Source: Oscillospiraceae bacterium (GTDB taxonomy: Bacteria > Bacillota > Clostridia > Oscillospirales > Ruminococcaceae). Taken from it: 63,312 nucleotides of DNA. Every line of letters begins with the position of its first letter. Position 1 is the first letter of the stretch. Below are positions 17,476 to 26,628 of this stretch, piece after piece. The stretch lies in NCBI GenBank assembly GCA_017435745.1, contig JAFSEN010000102.1:1-63312 (forward strand), in the 5' to 3' direction. The notes under the pieces were generated by a model. That model saw nothing but the letters and a program-made list of their open reading frames with translations, made no database searches and was not told the DNA's origin. The position numbers were made by a program, and so were the translations under genes.

Positions 17476-18546
17476 ATGCCCAGAGCAGATGAAGGTCTTG
17501 CCTTCCTTTTAAGATATGAAAACGTAGCTTGGTACGAAAACGGAAAAGTCCGTATTCTCGACCGCCGCTGCTATCCCCATCCAATTAAATTCGTTACCTG
17601 CAACACTTCCGAGGAAGTTGCAAACGCAATGAGAGATATGATAGTCCAAAGCGCCGGCCCTTATCTTGCCTGCGGAATGGGAATCGTTCTTGCCGCTTAT
17701 GAAGCAAAGGACATGCCCTATGACAAAGCAATGGAACATATCCGTTATGCGCAGGACCTTATAGTAAACGCAAGACCCACTACTGCAAAACGCATTAAGA
17801 TCATCACCGATTCCTGCGTTGCCGCAGCAGAAGAAGCTTATGCTGCCGGAGAAGCAGACGCGATCCAGGCAACTTTTGACCGCATAATCGCTCTTACCGA
17901 CAACCGTTATAACAAAATTGGCGAAGTTGCAAAACACCTTGTTTCCAAATTCCCGGACGAAGGCACCGTTATGACCCAATGCTACGCGGAAACCATTCTC
18001 GGTTTCATGTGCAAGGAAATTAAGGCGCAGGGCAAAAAAATCAAATTTGTCTGCCCCGAAACCAGACCCTATTTCCAGGGCGCAAGACTTACCGCTTCCG
18101 TTCTCCATGATATGGGATTTGACGTAACCGTTATCACCGACAACATGCCCGGCTGGACCATGCATGAAAAGAAAGTTGACGTTTTCACCTGCGCAGCGGA
18201 CGCAATTACCATGGACGGCGTTGTTATCAACAAAGTCGGAACTTTCCAGATTGCTCTTGCGGCAAAATATTGGGGAATTCCTTTCTATGTAACCGGAACC
18301 CCCGATAAATGCCATCCTTTTGCAAAGGACGTTAAAATTGAAGAGCGCGACCCGAACCTTGTTCTCGAAGCTCTCGGAACCCGCACCGCTGTTGAAGGCG
18401 TAAGCGGTTTTTATCCTGCATTCGACAAAACTCCTCCGGAACTTGTAACCGGCTTTGTCACCGACAAAGGAATCTATGACGGCGACAAACTTTGGGATTA
18501 TTACAACGGCGACGACGGCACCGGCGAATACGAACTTATCGTATAA
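17476..18546 (+). CDS. eIF-2B alpha/beta/delta-related protein (MtnA / ribose-1,5-bisphosphate isomerase-like, divergent)
   Basis: 356 aa. ...NGKVRILDRRCYP..., ARPTTAKRI, DVFTCAADAITMDGVVINKVGTFQIALAAKYWGIPFYV. AAAGGAG RBS before the ATG at 17476. Confidence 0.8.
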   Translation: MPRADEGLAFLLRYENVAWYENGKVRILDRRCYPHPIKFVTCNTSEEVANAMRDMIVQSAGPYLACGMGIVLAAYEAKDMPYDKAMEHIRYAQDLIVNARPTTAKRIKIITDSCVAAAEEAYAAGEADAIQATFDRIIALTDNRYNKIGEVAKHLVSKFPDEGTVMTQCYAETILGFMCKEIKAQGKKIKFVCPETRPYFQGARLTASVLHDMGFDVTVITDNMPGWTMHEKKVDVFTCAADAITMDGVVINKVGTFQIALAAKYWGIPFYVTGTPDKCHPFAKDVKIEERDPNLVLEALGTRTAVEGVSGFYPAFDKTPPELVTGFVTDKGIYDGDKLWDYYNGDDGTGEYELIV

Positions 18547-18683
18547 AAAGCGCCCCTTGTTAAAGGAGACTCCCCTGTTAGGGGAGATGTTGAGCGAAGC
18601 GAAACAGAGAGGTCTGCCGTCTGCGGCGAGCAAAGAGGGCCACGAAGTGGCGAGGGGATTCATTTAAGTTTTCTGTATAATGT

Positions 18684-18723
18684 AAAAAAACCACCCTTGT
18701 TCTGCTGAACAAGGGTGGTTTTT
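18684..18723. terminator. Bidirectional terminator between the mtnA-like and XRE genes
   Basis: AAAAAAACCACCCTTGTTC...GAACAAGGGTGGTTTTT. Confidence 0.85.
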
Positions 18724-18724
18724 G

Positions 18725-18940
18725 TTATCTGTTTGGTTTGATATTATCGGTAAGGCCAAGAATATAATCGGTGCTTGTATGATAATATTCGGCAAGTTTT
18801 ATAACCGCCCAAACGGGAATTTCGTGGATCCCTTTTTCGTATCTGCGGTAAACTTCCCTTTTACAATCGAGTACATCCGCAATTTCCTGCTGTGTTTTGT
18901 CGGAATCTATTCTTAAATCTGCAAGTCTTTGGAAAAACAT
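18725..18940 (-). CDS. Small XRE-family HTH regulator
   Basis: 71 aa. KTQQEIADVLDCKREVYRRYEKGIHEIPVWAVIKLAEYY. The ORF is open to 18955. Confidence 0.8.
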   Translation of the reverse strand: MFFQRLADLRIDSDKTQQEIADVLDCKREVYRRYEKGIHEIPVWAVIKLAEYYHTSTDYILGLTDNIKPNR

Positions 18941-18995
18941 ATAGCAACACCTCACAAATAGATGCTACTATTTTGTTGCACAGAATATTTGAATA

Positions 18996-19013
18996 TGCTA
19001 CAATATTGTGGCA
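18996..19013. promoter_or_regulatory. Near-perfect 18-bp palindrome overlapping the -10 of the divergent promoter (candidate XRE operator)
   Basis: TGCTACAATATTGTGGCA (16 of 18 symmetric) containing TACAAT. TTGCAC lies 17 nt upstream. A half-site-like ATGCTAC also occurs at 18962. Confidence 0.5.
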
Positions 19014-19039
19014 TAAATATATTTCAAAGGGGTGTTTTG

Positions 19040-19279
19040 GTGGATATAAAAGATAATCCTGCCGCCGGTTTCGCCGCTCTTTTTTACCATGCGGCAAATT
19101 TGTCGAAATATTCAAAGGAAGAATACGATGCGATTTATCAGGGAAAACCCATGACACAGAAAATTTTTGACAAATGTATTGAAACCGCTTTTTCGATTTT
19201 TGATTTTGAAAATATAAAATATCTTACCGAAAAATATCCGGAATTTGCCGAAAACTGTCTGCGTTTGAAAAATAAATAA
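19040..19279 (+). CDS. Hypothetical small protein (79 aa)
   Basis: GTG start 7 nt after AAAGGGG. Translation VDIKDNPAAGFAALFYHAANLSKYSKEEYDAIYQGKPMTQKIFDKCIETAF... with no recognisable motif. Followed by a terminator. Confidence 0.5.
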   Translation: MDIKDNPAAGFAALFYHAANLSKYSKEEYDAIYQGKPMTQKIFDKCIETAFSIFDFENIKYLTEKYPEFAENCLRLKNK

Positions 19280-19334
19280 TCCCTCTTCCGTCATTTGCTT
19301 CGCAAATGCCACCTTCCCCTCTGGGAAGGCTTAT

Positions 19335-19371
19335 AAAAAACCCCCGTGCTCGTTTTGAGCACGGGGGTTTT
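19335..19371 (+). terminator. Intrinsic terminator
   Basis: AAAAAACCCCCGTGCTC GTTT TGAGCACGGGGGTTTT. Confidence 0.85.
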
Positions 19372-19400
19372 CTGCTTTTATAAACTTTTGAGCACGGGAA

Positions 19401-19751
19401 TCACATATCTCTGCAGGCGACGATGTTAACGCCGGTTCCGAGAACGTCTTCGAGAAGGATATCTCCGCATTTAACGGGGCTTTCTACGGAAATCTTGTTG
19501 ATTTCGTCCATTACCTCAAAGATTTTTTCCTTCGGAATGTTTCCGTTGGTTTTAACGGGGATTCTCGGATGAAGTCCGCCTTTGATTTCAACGGTGGAGG
19601 AAATGGTGCGCATCGGGTGGGTAAGTTCGCCGATGGCATATTCTTTTCCCTGGGGGCAGTTAAAGCCTTTTATGGTTTCTTCCGGGTTTTCGGTATCGAG
19701 GGTTACAAGGCAGCCTTTGGGGCAGCAGATACAGGTTATGGTTTTAAGCAT
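19401..19751 (-). CDS. DUF1667 domain protein (third subunit of the clostridial glycerol-3-P dehydrogenase-type cluster)
   Basis: 116 aa. ITCICCPKGC...FNCPQGKEY...RIPVKT. Its start abuts the upstream gene's stop. Confidence 0.85.
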   Translation of the reverse strand: MLKTITCICCPKGCLVTLDTENPEETIKGFNCPQGKEYAIGELTHPMRTISSTVEIKGGLHPRIPVKTNGNIPKEKIFEVMDEINKISVESPVKCGDILLEDVLGTGVNIVACRDM

Positions 19752-21031
19752 TATTCTTCACCCTCCTTAACAACTGCAATTTCAATATCCTGGCCGTTTG
19801 CCATTTCAAGCATTTTTTTCGGGATAATAAGTTTTTCCATTTCTGCGGGAAGCATCTGTTCGTGTTTTTTGCTCATAAGAACTTTGTCGCCGGCTTTAAC
19901 AACAACAGTTGCGTTGTTGAGAACTGCGCGGACACGGAAAAGAACTTCGATAAATTTATCCACTTTGGAAACGGTTACTTTCTGGGGAACGGTGTAGCCG
20001 ATGAAATCGCCGTTATGAAGTTCGATGGGAGCTTCCGCTTCTTCGGAAGCGACGTTTTCACGCTGCGCTTTAAGATATTCGGCGGCGGCTTTGCCGGCTC
20101 TTTCGGATTCGTGGGTTACGAAGTCAACGAGGTCGTGAACGTGAAGAACGTTTCCGCAGGCGAAAATTCCGGGGATGGAAGTCATCATTGTTTCGTCAAC
20201 GATTGCACCGTTGGTGCGTTTGTCGAGAACAACTCCGGCGGAACGGGAAAGTTCGTTTTCCGGAACAAGACCGACAGAGAGAAGAAGGGTATCTACGTCA
20301 AATTCGATTTCGGTTCCGGGAATGGGGTCATAACCGTTTACCTTGCTTACGATTACTTTGGAAAGACGGCCGTTTTCACCTTTGATATCGGTTACGGTGT
20401 GGCTGAGATAAAGCGGAATTCCGTAGTCATCAAGGCACTGGGCAATGTTACGTTTAAGGCCGTTGGAATAGGGCATAAGTTCAACAACCGCTTTTACTTC
20501 TGCGCCCTCAAGGGTCATTCTTCTTGCCATGATAAGGCCGATATCGCCGGAACCGAGGATAAGGACTTTTTTACCGACCATATAGCCGTCCATGTTGATA
20601 TATTTCTGGGCGGCGCCGGCGGTGAAAATTCCGGAAGGTCTTTCGCCGGGGATTGCGATTGCTCCGCGGGTTCTTTCGCGGCAGCCCATTGCAAGAACAA
20701 TTGCGCCTGCGTCTATTTTCATATAGCCTTCGGCTGCGCTTATTGCATAAACGGATTTTTCCGGGGTGATTCCGAGGACCATTGTGTCGGTTTTAACTTC
20801 GATTCCGGTTCCTTCAAGGCGGTCAATGAATCTCTGGGCATATTCCGGACCGGAAAGCTGTTCTTTAAAAACATGAAGACCGAAACCGGAATGGATGCAC
20901 TGGTTAAGAATTCCGCCGAGTTCTTTATCACGTTCAATAATGAGAACGGAGCCTGCTCCGTTTTTCTTTGCTTCTTCAGCGGCGGCAAGACCTGCGGGGC
21001 CTCCGCCGACAACAACTAAATCATAATACAT
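19751..21031 (-). CDS. NAD(P)/FAD-dependent pyridine-nucleotide-disulfide-type oxidoreductase
   Basis: DLVVVGGGPAGLAAA and KVLILGSGDIGLIMA dinucleotide folds, plus FACGNVLHVHDLVD. Confidence 0.88.
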   Translation of the reverse strand: MYYDLVVVGGGPAGLAAAEEAKKNGAGSVLIIERDKELGGILNQCIHSGFGLHVFKEQLSGPEYAQRFIDRLEGTGIEVKTDTMVLGITPEKSVYAISAAEGYMKIDAGAIVLAMGCRERTRGAIAIPGERPSGIFTAGAAQKYINMDGYMVGKKVLILGSGDIGLIMARRMTLEGAEVKAVVELMPYSNGLKRNIAQCLDDYGIPLYLSHTVTDIKGENGRLSKVIVSKVNGYDPIPGTEIEFDVDTLLLSVGLVPENELSRSAGVVLDKRTNGAIVDETMMTSIPGIFACGNVLHVHDLVDFVTHESERAGKAAAEYLKAQRENVASEEAEAPIELHNGDFIGYTVPQKVTVSKVDKFIEVLFRVRAVLNNATVVVKAGDKVLMSKKHEQMLPAEMEKLIIPKKMLEMANGQDIEIAVVKEGEE

Positions 21032-22479
21032 TAACGGCAGCCTCCCTTCGTGGTTTTTCCGGTGAGTATGTAGGAACCTTCTTTATCAAGAAGAACGTCA
21101 ACGGGATCCATGTTGAGTTCCCTGGCGATGATTTCAAGAACTTTGGGTCCGCAGAAACCGCTCTGGCATCTTCCCATACCTGCGTTGCAGCGGCGTTTGA
21201 TGCCGTCAAGAGTTTTGGGAACGATCACTCCGTGGAGAGCATCGACGATTTCGCCTTCGGTAATGGTTTCGCAGCGGCAGATAACTCTTCCGTATGCGGG
21301 ATTTTTTGCGATTGCGGCGGCTTTTTCTTCGTCGGAAAGTTCTTTGAAACGAAGATGTTTGTGTCCGCCGATGAAGTTTTCTTTCTTTTCGGAAGGAACG
21401 CCTGCTTCAAGAAGCATTCTTACTGCGTCTTCTGCAATTGCGGGAGCTGCGGAAAGACCCGGAGATTTGATTCCGGCAATGTTCATGAAGTGGTCGTCTT
21501 TTTCGGAAAAACCAACGATGAAATCGTGGGTGGAAGGTTCGCTTCTGAGACCGGCGAAGTTGCGGATGCATTCGCGGAAGTTTACTGCGTTGGTGGTCTT
21601 TTTGCTGGTTGCGGCAACGTTTGCAAGGCCTTCGCGGTCGGTGGAAACATCGTCTTTTTCACATCCGGGGTTTGCGTCCGGGCCGACGATAAGGTTTCCG
21701 TGAACGGTGGGAGCAACGAGAACGCCTTTTCCAAGAGGACCGGGGCATTGGAACATTACGTGGCCGAAAAGTTCGCCCTGGGATTTATCAAGAAGATAAT
21801 ACTGGCCTCTGGAAGAATCGATGGAAAAGCTTTCGTCGCCGATCATGTTTGCGACGGTGTCGCTGTAAACGCCTGCGGCGTTAACAACGAATTTTGCTTC
21901 GATTTTTTCGCCGTTTTTGCCGGTGATTACAAAGTTTTCGTTTTCTTTTTCAATGGAGGAAACTTCCCAGCAAAGTTTGAGTTCAACGCCGTTTTCAACA
22001 GCCTGTTCGCCCATTGCAAGAGCAAATTCCCAAGGGTTAACAATTCCTGCGGAAGGAGCATAAAGAGCGCCGACACAGGTTTCGTTAACGTTGGGTTCCA
22101 TTTTGCGAACTTCTTCTCCGGAAAGAATCTGCTGATCCGGAACGCCGTTTGCAACGCCTCTGTCATAAAGTTTTTTTACGGTTTCCATTTCTTCCTCGCT
22201 GAAAGCAAGAACAAAGGAACCGCAGCGTTTAAAAGGAACGTCAAGTTCCTCGCAAATTTCGCCGGCCATTTTATTACCCGGTGCATTATATTTTGCCATA
22301 AGAGTGCCGGGTTCAGGGTCATAGCCTGCGTGGATGATGGCACTGTTTGCACGGGTGGTGCCCATTGCCACATCGTTTTCTTTTTCGATCAGTACAGCCT
22401 TGCAGTTATAGCGGGAGAGTTCTCTTGCAACTCCGCAGCCGATAATGCCGGCGCCGATCACAGCAACGTCATAGACCAA
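21031..22479 (-). CDS. FAD-dependent glycerol-3-phosphate dehydrogenase-like oxidoreductase with a BFD-like [2Fe-2S] domain
   Basis: DVAVIGAGIIGCGVAREL, and C-terminal ICRCETITEGEI...CNAGMGRCQSGFC. TTG start 8 nt after AAAGGGGA. Confidence 0.88.
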   Translation of the reverse strand: MVYDVAVIGAGIIGCGVARELSRYNCKAVLIEKENDVAMGTTRANSAIIHAGYDPEPGTLMAKYNAPGNKMAGEICEELDVPFKRCGSFVLAFSEEEMETVKKLYDRGVANGVPDQQILSGEEVRKMEPNVNETCVGALYAPSAGIVNPWEFALAMGEQAVENGVELKLCWEVSSIEKENENFVITGKNGEKIEAKFVVNAAGVYSDTVANMIGDESFSIDSSRGQYYLLDKSQGELFGHVMFQCPGPLGKGVLVAPTVHGNLIVGPDANPGCEKDDVSTDREGLANVAATSKKTTNAVNFRECIRNFAGLRSEPSTHDFIVGFSEKDDHFMNIAGIKSPGLSAAPAIAEDAVRMLLEAGVPSEKKENFIGGHKHLRFKELSDEEKAAAIAKNPAYGRVICRCETITEGEIVDALHGVIVPKTLDGIKRRCNAGMGRCQSGFCGPKVLEIIARELNMDPVDVLLDKEGSYILTGKTTKGGCR

Positions 22480-22772
22480 TTAAAAAATCCCCTTTCAGTC
22501 AACAAAAAAAGCACGCAGGAAAGACAGCCGGGCAAAACGCTTTCCAGATGCCTCCTTTCGTGCTTTTAAAAGTTGCGCATATTCTAACACCATAATTATA
22601 CCAAAAACGCCGGAATATTCAATATATAAATATATAAATATTTAACACTTTTATATGTGATATTTTCACCAAAAGGAAAAAAATTCGCCGCAACCAAAAG
22701 TTGCCGGCCGGATTGCTTGTAATGCGAAGCAAAATACTGTAAACTGAAAATATGAAAGGGGGCGGATTCCCG

Positions 22773-23717
22773 ATGACTCTTGGAGAAAAAATTTCGGAAC
22801 TTCGCAAAAGGGCGGGTTTTTCCCAGGAAAAGCTTGCGGAACTTCTTGATGTTTCCCGACAGGCTGTTACAAAATGGGAAAGCGGAAAAGGTAACCCGGA
22901 TACGGAAAATCTTATTCGCCTTTCTGAAATTTTTGGCGTTTCCCTCGATGAACTTTGCGGAAAAGAAGCGGAAAAACCGAAGGCAAAAATCCACCCGGGC
23001 GGACATCTTTTTTGCCTTATTTCTGTTCTTGTTGTCACGGCCTATTGCATTATCGGCGGGATTACGAAAAATTTCAGCGGCGAAACTCTTATAATGCTGA
23101 TTATCCTTGCGGTTCCGATGCATTGCTTTACCCACCTTATATTTTGGGGAATGGTGAAGAGCGGGGAATTTTCGATGCTCGCGGGTTATGATTCGGAAAT
23201 AAAATATGATACGGAAAATCTTAAAAGATATGTTTCCGGTCTGGATTTCATGCTTGGACTCGAAACCGCTTCCTATCTTTTCCTTATGACAGCGACGGCG
23301 CTTATTGTTCCGGAATTTGAGATCCAGTATTTCCTTGTTTTTGGCTACATAATTTCCTTCGTTGCCGGAATTTTCTTAATAGGTTATAAATTCGGCGACA
23401 AAATTTATCTTGACCCGAAGGACGCGGAAAAGGCAAAACGCGCTTTTCCTTCGGAAATTATCCTTATGGCAATGATTTTTTTTGCAATAGCGGCTTTTGT
23501 GCTTTTCTTCGAACTTAAAGAATATCAGAACAACACCGCAAAACCTTTTCCGATGCTTGGAATGATGTTTGTTTCCGTCGGCCTTTCTCTTGGCGGATAT
23601 CTTGCGGAAAGCAGAAGACTTAAAAAAGAAGAGAACCCGAAAAACTTTTTCGGAAAAGCGTTTATCGTTTGCAACGTTCTTGCGCTTGCGGCAATTGCCG
23701 CGATGGCAATATTGTAA
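22773..23717 (+). CDS. Membrane-anchored XRE-HTH regulator (HTH plus ~6 TM segments)
   Basis: MTLGEKISELRKRAGFSQEKLAELLDVSRQAVTKWESGKGNP followed by multiple hydrophobic segments. Confidence 0.8.
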   Translation: MTLGEKISELRKRAGFSQEKLAELLDVSRQAVTKWESGKGNPDTENLIRLSEIFGVSLDELCGKEAEKPKAKIHPGGHLFCLISVLVVTAYCIIGGITKNFSGETLIMLIILAVPMHCFTHLIFWGMVKSGEFSMLAGYDSEIKYDTENLKRYVSGLDFMLGLETASYLFLMTATALIVPEFEIQYFLVFGYIISFVAGIFLIGYKFGDKIYLDPKDAEKAKRAFPSEIILMAMIFFAIAAFVLFFELKEYQNNTAKPFPMLGMMFVSVGLSLGGYLAESRRLKKEENPKNFFGKAFIVCNVLALAAIAAMAIL

Positions 23718-23811
23718 ATATTTTGGGGCGGATATTATCCGCCCTTTTTTATTGAGGAAAAAAGAAACTTATGATATAATGAAATTACCACAGGAAAGGA
23801 GAATTTTTTTG

Positions 23812-24048
23812 ATGAACCACAAAATCAGCAGAAGGATTTTCAATATCGGTCTTTTGGTTACGGTTGCCGTTGCGCTCCTTGGCGGAATTCTTATGAAAGA
23901 ATGGATCATTTGGGTAAGCGTTGGAATTTTTGCTCTGAACTTTGTTCAGCAATTGCTTTTCGATCGCTGCCCACATTGTGACGAATGGTTCAGTTACCGT
24001 TCGAAAGAACCGGATTTTTGTCCCCGGTGCGGAAAGAAACTTGATTAA
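23812..24048 (+). CDS. Small membrane protein with a C-terminal zinc ribbon (78 aa)
   Basis: GGAAAGGAG RBS. Two TM segments, then CPHCDEW...CPRCGKKL. Confidence 0.6.
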   Translation: MNHKISRRIFNIGLLVTVAVALLGGILMKEWIIWVSVGIFALNFVQQLLFDRCPHCDEWFSYRSKEPDFCPRCGKKLD

Positions 24049-24160
24049 AGACAGCAAACCGCATGAATAAGCCAAAAATACGGTTTTCAATTGAACTAAA
24101 TGTTGTGATTTATATAATTTAAAGTATTATACTGTAAAATAAAAACAGCGTTTTTGCGAT

Positions 24161-24190
24161 AAAAAAACCGCCCGGAAGGGCGGCTTTTTG
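24161..24190 (-). terminator. Intrinsic terminator downstream of prfC
   Basis: CCGCCCGGAAGGGCGG hairpin with flanking A7/T-runs. Confidence 0.8.
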
Positions 24191-24199
24191 TTTTTTTTA

Positions 24200-25780
24200 T
24201 TATACTCGAAGTTCGTCGGAAACAACAAGACCCGGGTTCATTTTCATCATATAGTTGAGCGCCCAGATTCCGCTGAAAACAAGAACCTGGTGGCCGCGGT
24301 AATCTTCAAGAACCTTGGTTCCGTTTGCAAGATCAAGCTGGTTAACAGGAACGGGACATTCAAGGATAAAGCGGAGATGTTCGTAAGGCAGCGGGCTCAT
24401 ATAAAGTTCAACGCCGTATTCGCTTTGCATTCTGTAGCGGAAAACGTCGAACTGAAGAGTACCAACAACGCCGATAATTGCTTCTTCAAGTCCGTAACCG
24501 GGGATTTTGAAAATCTGGATCGCGCCTTCCTGGGCAATCTGTTCAATGCCTTTGATAAACTGTTTGCGTTTCATGGTGTCTTTCGGACGGACGGACATAA
24601 AGTGTTCCGGTTCAAAGGTGGGGATTCCGGAATAGCGGAATTTTTTACCGGGCATGGTTATGGTATCTCCGATGGAGAAAACGCCCGGATCGAAAACGCC
24701 GATTATATCGCCGGCATAGGCTTCTTCAACAATTTCTCGCTCGGCCGCCATAATTTGCTGCGGCTGGGAAAGACGCATTTTCTTTCCGCCCTGAACGTGA
24801 TAAACTTCTGCGTCGCGTTCAAATTTTCCGGAACAGATGCGCATGAAAGCAAGGCGGTCGCGGTGAGCCTTGTTCATGTTTGCCTGGATTTTGAAAACGA
24901 AAGCGGAAAAACCTTCTTCCATCGGGTCGATAACGCCTTCGTCGGAAGTTCTTGCAAGGGGAGAAGTTGTCATTTTAAGGAATGATTCAAGGAAAGGTTC
25001 AACGCCGAAGGTTGTGAGGGCGCTGCCGAAGAAAACGGGGCTCAAAGTTCCGTTGCGGACAGCTTCCATATCAAAATCTCTTCCCGCTCCGAGAAGTTCA
25101 ACGTCGTCGCGGATCTGTTCCCAGCTTTTTTCACCGAGATAATTTGCAACTTCCGGGTCGTCAAGCTCAATTTCTACCGAGGAAGATTTTCTGCCTTTTC
25201 CTTCGTCGCCGAAGAAAAGAATGCTTTTCTTTTCGCGGTCGTAAACTCCCTGGAATTCTTTTCCGCAGCCGATGGGCCAGTTCATTGCGTAAGTGTCTAT
25301 TCCCAGTTCGCGCTCAACTTCTTCGCAAAGATCGAAAGGATCTTTTGTTTCACGGTCCATTTTGTTGATGAAGGTGAAAATCGGAATATGGCGCATGGAG
25401 CAGACCTTGAAAAGTTTTCTGGTCTGGGGCTCAACGCCCTTTGCTCCGTCGATTACCATTACTGCGGAGTCCGCAGCCATAAGGGTTCTGTAAGTATCTT
25501 CGGAAAAGTCCTGGTGTCCGGGGGTATCAAGGATATTGATGCAAAAACCGCTGTGCTGGAACTGCATTACGGAGGAAGTTACGGAAATTCCGCGCTGCTT
25601 TTCAATTTCCATCCAGTCGGAGGTTGCGGCTTTTGCCTTTTTGCCTTTAACTTCGCCTGCCTGGGCAATTGCGCCGCCATAGAGCAGGAATTTTTCGGTA
25701 AGGGTTGTTTTACCGGCGTCAGGGTGCGAAATTATCGCAAAAGTCCTGCGGCGGGAAATTTCTTCTTGTAAAGTGGACAT
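24200..25780 (-). CDS. prfC: Peptide chain release factor 3
   Basis: 526 aa. GTPase motifs AIISHPDAGKTT, DTPGHQDF and NKMDRE. Full-length RF3-like. Confidence 0.95.
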   Translation of the reverse strand: MSTLQEEISRRRTFAIISHPDAGKTTLTEKFLLYGGAIAQAGEVKGKKAKAATSDWMEIEKQRGISVTSSVMQFQHSGFCINILDTPGHQDFSEDTYRTLMAADSAVMVIDGAKGVEPQTRKLFKVCSMRHIPIFTFINKMDRETKDPFDLCEEVERELGIDTYAMNWPIGCGKEFQGVYDREKKSILFFGDEGKGRKSSSVEIELDDPEVANYLGEKSWEQIRDDVELLGAGRDFDMEAVRNGTLSPVFFGSALTTFGVEPFLESFLKMTTSPLARTSDEGVIDPMEEGFSAFVFKIQANMNKAHRDRLAFMRICSGKFERDAEVYHVQGGKKMRLSQPQQIMAAEREIVEEAYAGDIIGVFDPGVFSIGDTITMPGKKFRYSGIPTFEPEHFMSVRPKDTMKRKQFIKGIEQIAQEGAIQIFKIPGYGLEEAIIGVVGTLQFDVFRYRMQSEYGVELYMSPLPYEHLRFILECPVPVNQLDLANGTKVLEDYRGHQVLVFSGIWALNYMMKMNPGLVVSDELRV

Positions 25781-25972
25781 TGATATTCCTCCATTTGTAA
25801 TTTAAGACAATTTATTATTTTACCATATAAACCGCATTATTACAAGGGAAAAAGCTTTTTTAACAAAGATTATAAGTCCCTTTTTCGGGATATATTTTCC
25901 ATTGACATAAACGGGAAAGAGGAGTATTATATAAAAAGAACATTTGTTCGATATGTTGCCGGAGGTGTTCTT

Positions 25973-26605
25973 ATGCCTTTTGATTATAAAAAAGAATATA
26001 AAGAATTTTATCTGCCGAAAGATAAACCGCAGACAGTCGAAATCCCGAAGATGAATTTTGCCGCAATTAGGGGCAAAGGCGACCCCAACAAACCCGAAAG
26101 CGGATATAAAGATGCGATTGGGCTTCTTTATGCGGTTTCCTATACGGTAAAAATGAGTTACAAGGGAAGCCACACCATCGAAGGATATTTCGATTACGTT
26201 GTTCCGCCGCTGGAAGGATTCTGGAAACAGGAAGGCATCGACGGAGTCGATTATTCGGACAAAGACAGCTTTGAATGGATCTCCGTAATAAGGCTTCCGG
26301 ATTTTGTTACAAAAGAGGAATTTGATTGGGCAAAAGCGGAAGCAGAAAGAAAAAAGAAAATCGATTGTTCCGCGGTGGAATTTCTTTCGGTGGAGGAAGG
26401 CCTTTGCGTACAGATAATGCACACAGGTTCATACGATTCCGAACCGGAAAGCGTTTTGAAAATGGATTCTTTCCTGGCCGAAAACGGCTTTGAAAACGAT
26501 TTTTCCGAAGAAAGGCTCCACCACGAAATTTATCTTTCCGACCCGAGAAAAACTTCCCCGGAAAAATGCAGAACGGTTATAAGACACCCGATAAAAAAGA
26601 TTTGA
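25973..26605 (+). CDS. GyrI-like small-molecule-binding domain protein
   Basis: 210 aa. FDYKKEYKEFY...PQTVEIPKMNFAAIRGKGDPN...LEGFW...IMHTGSYDSE...HHEIYLSDPRK. Confidence 0.8.
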   Translation: MPFDYKKEYKEFYLPKDKPQTVEIPKMNFAAIRGKGDPNKPESGYKDAIGLLYAVSYTVKMSYKGSHTIEGYFDYVVPPLEGFWKQEGIDGVDYSDKDSFEWISVIRLPDFVTKEEFDWAKAEAERKKKIDCSAVEFLSVEEGLCVQIMHTGSYDSEPESVLKMDSFLAENGFENDFSEERLHHEIYLSDPRKTSPEKCRTVIRHPIKKI

Positions 26606-26628
26606 TTTTGTAAAAGGAGGCATCCGCA

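Noticed and set aside
22596-23135. Minus-strand ORFs of 179 and 139 aa overlapping the promoter and 5' part of the XRE-TM gene.
   Set aside because: They are antisense to a gene with a clear HTH motif. The sequence is low-complexity and has no start context.
18725-24048. Whether the XRE genes, small ORFs and zinc-ribbon proteins mark a prophage or integrative element.
   Set aside because: No integrase, recombinase, terminase, capsid, tail or replication genes occur anywhere in the window. The intervening genes are metabolic (glycerol-3-P dehydrogenase cluster) with native codon texture.
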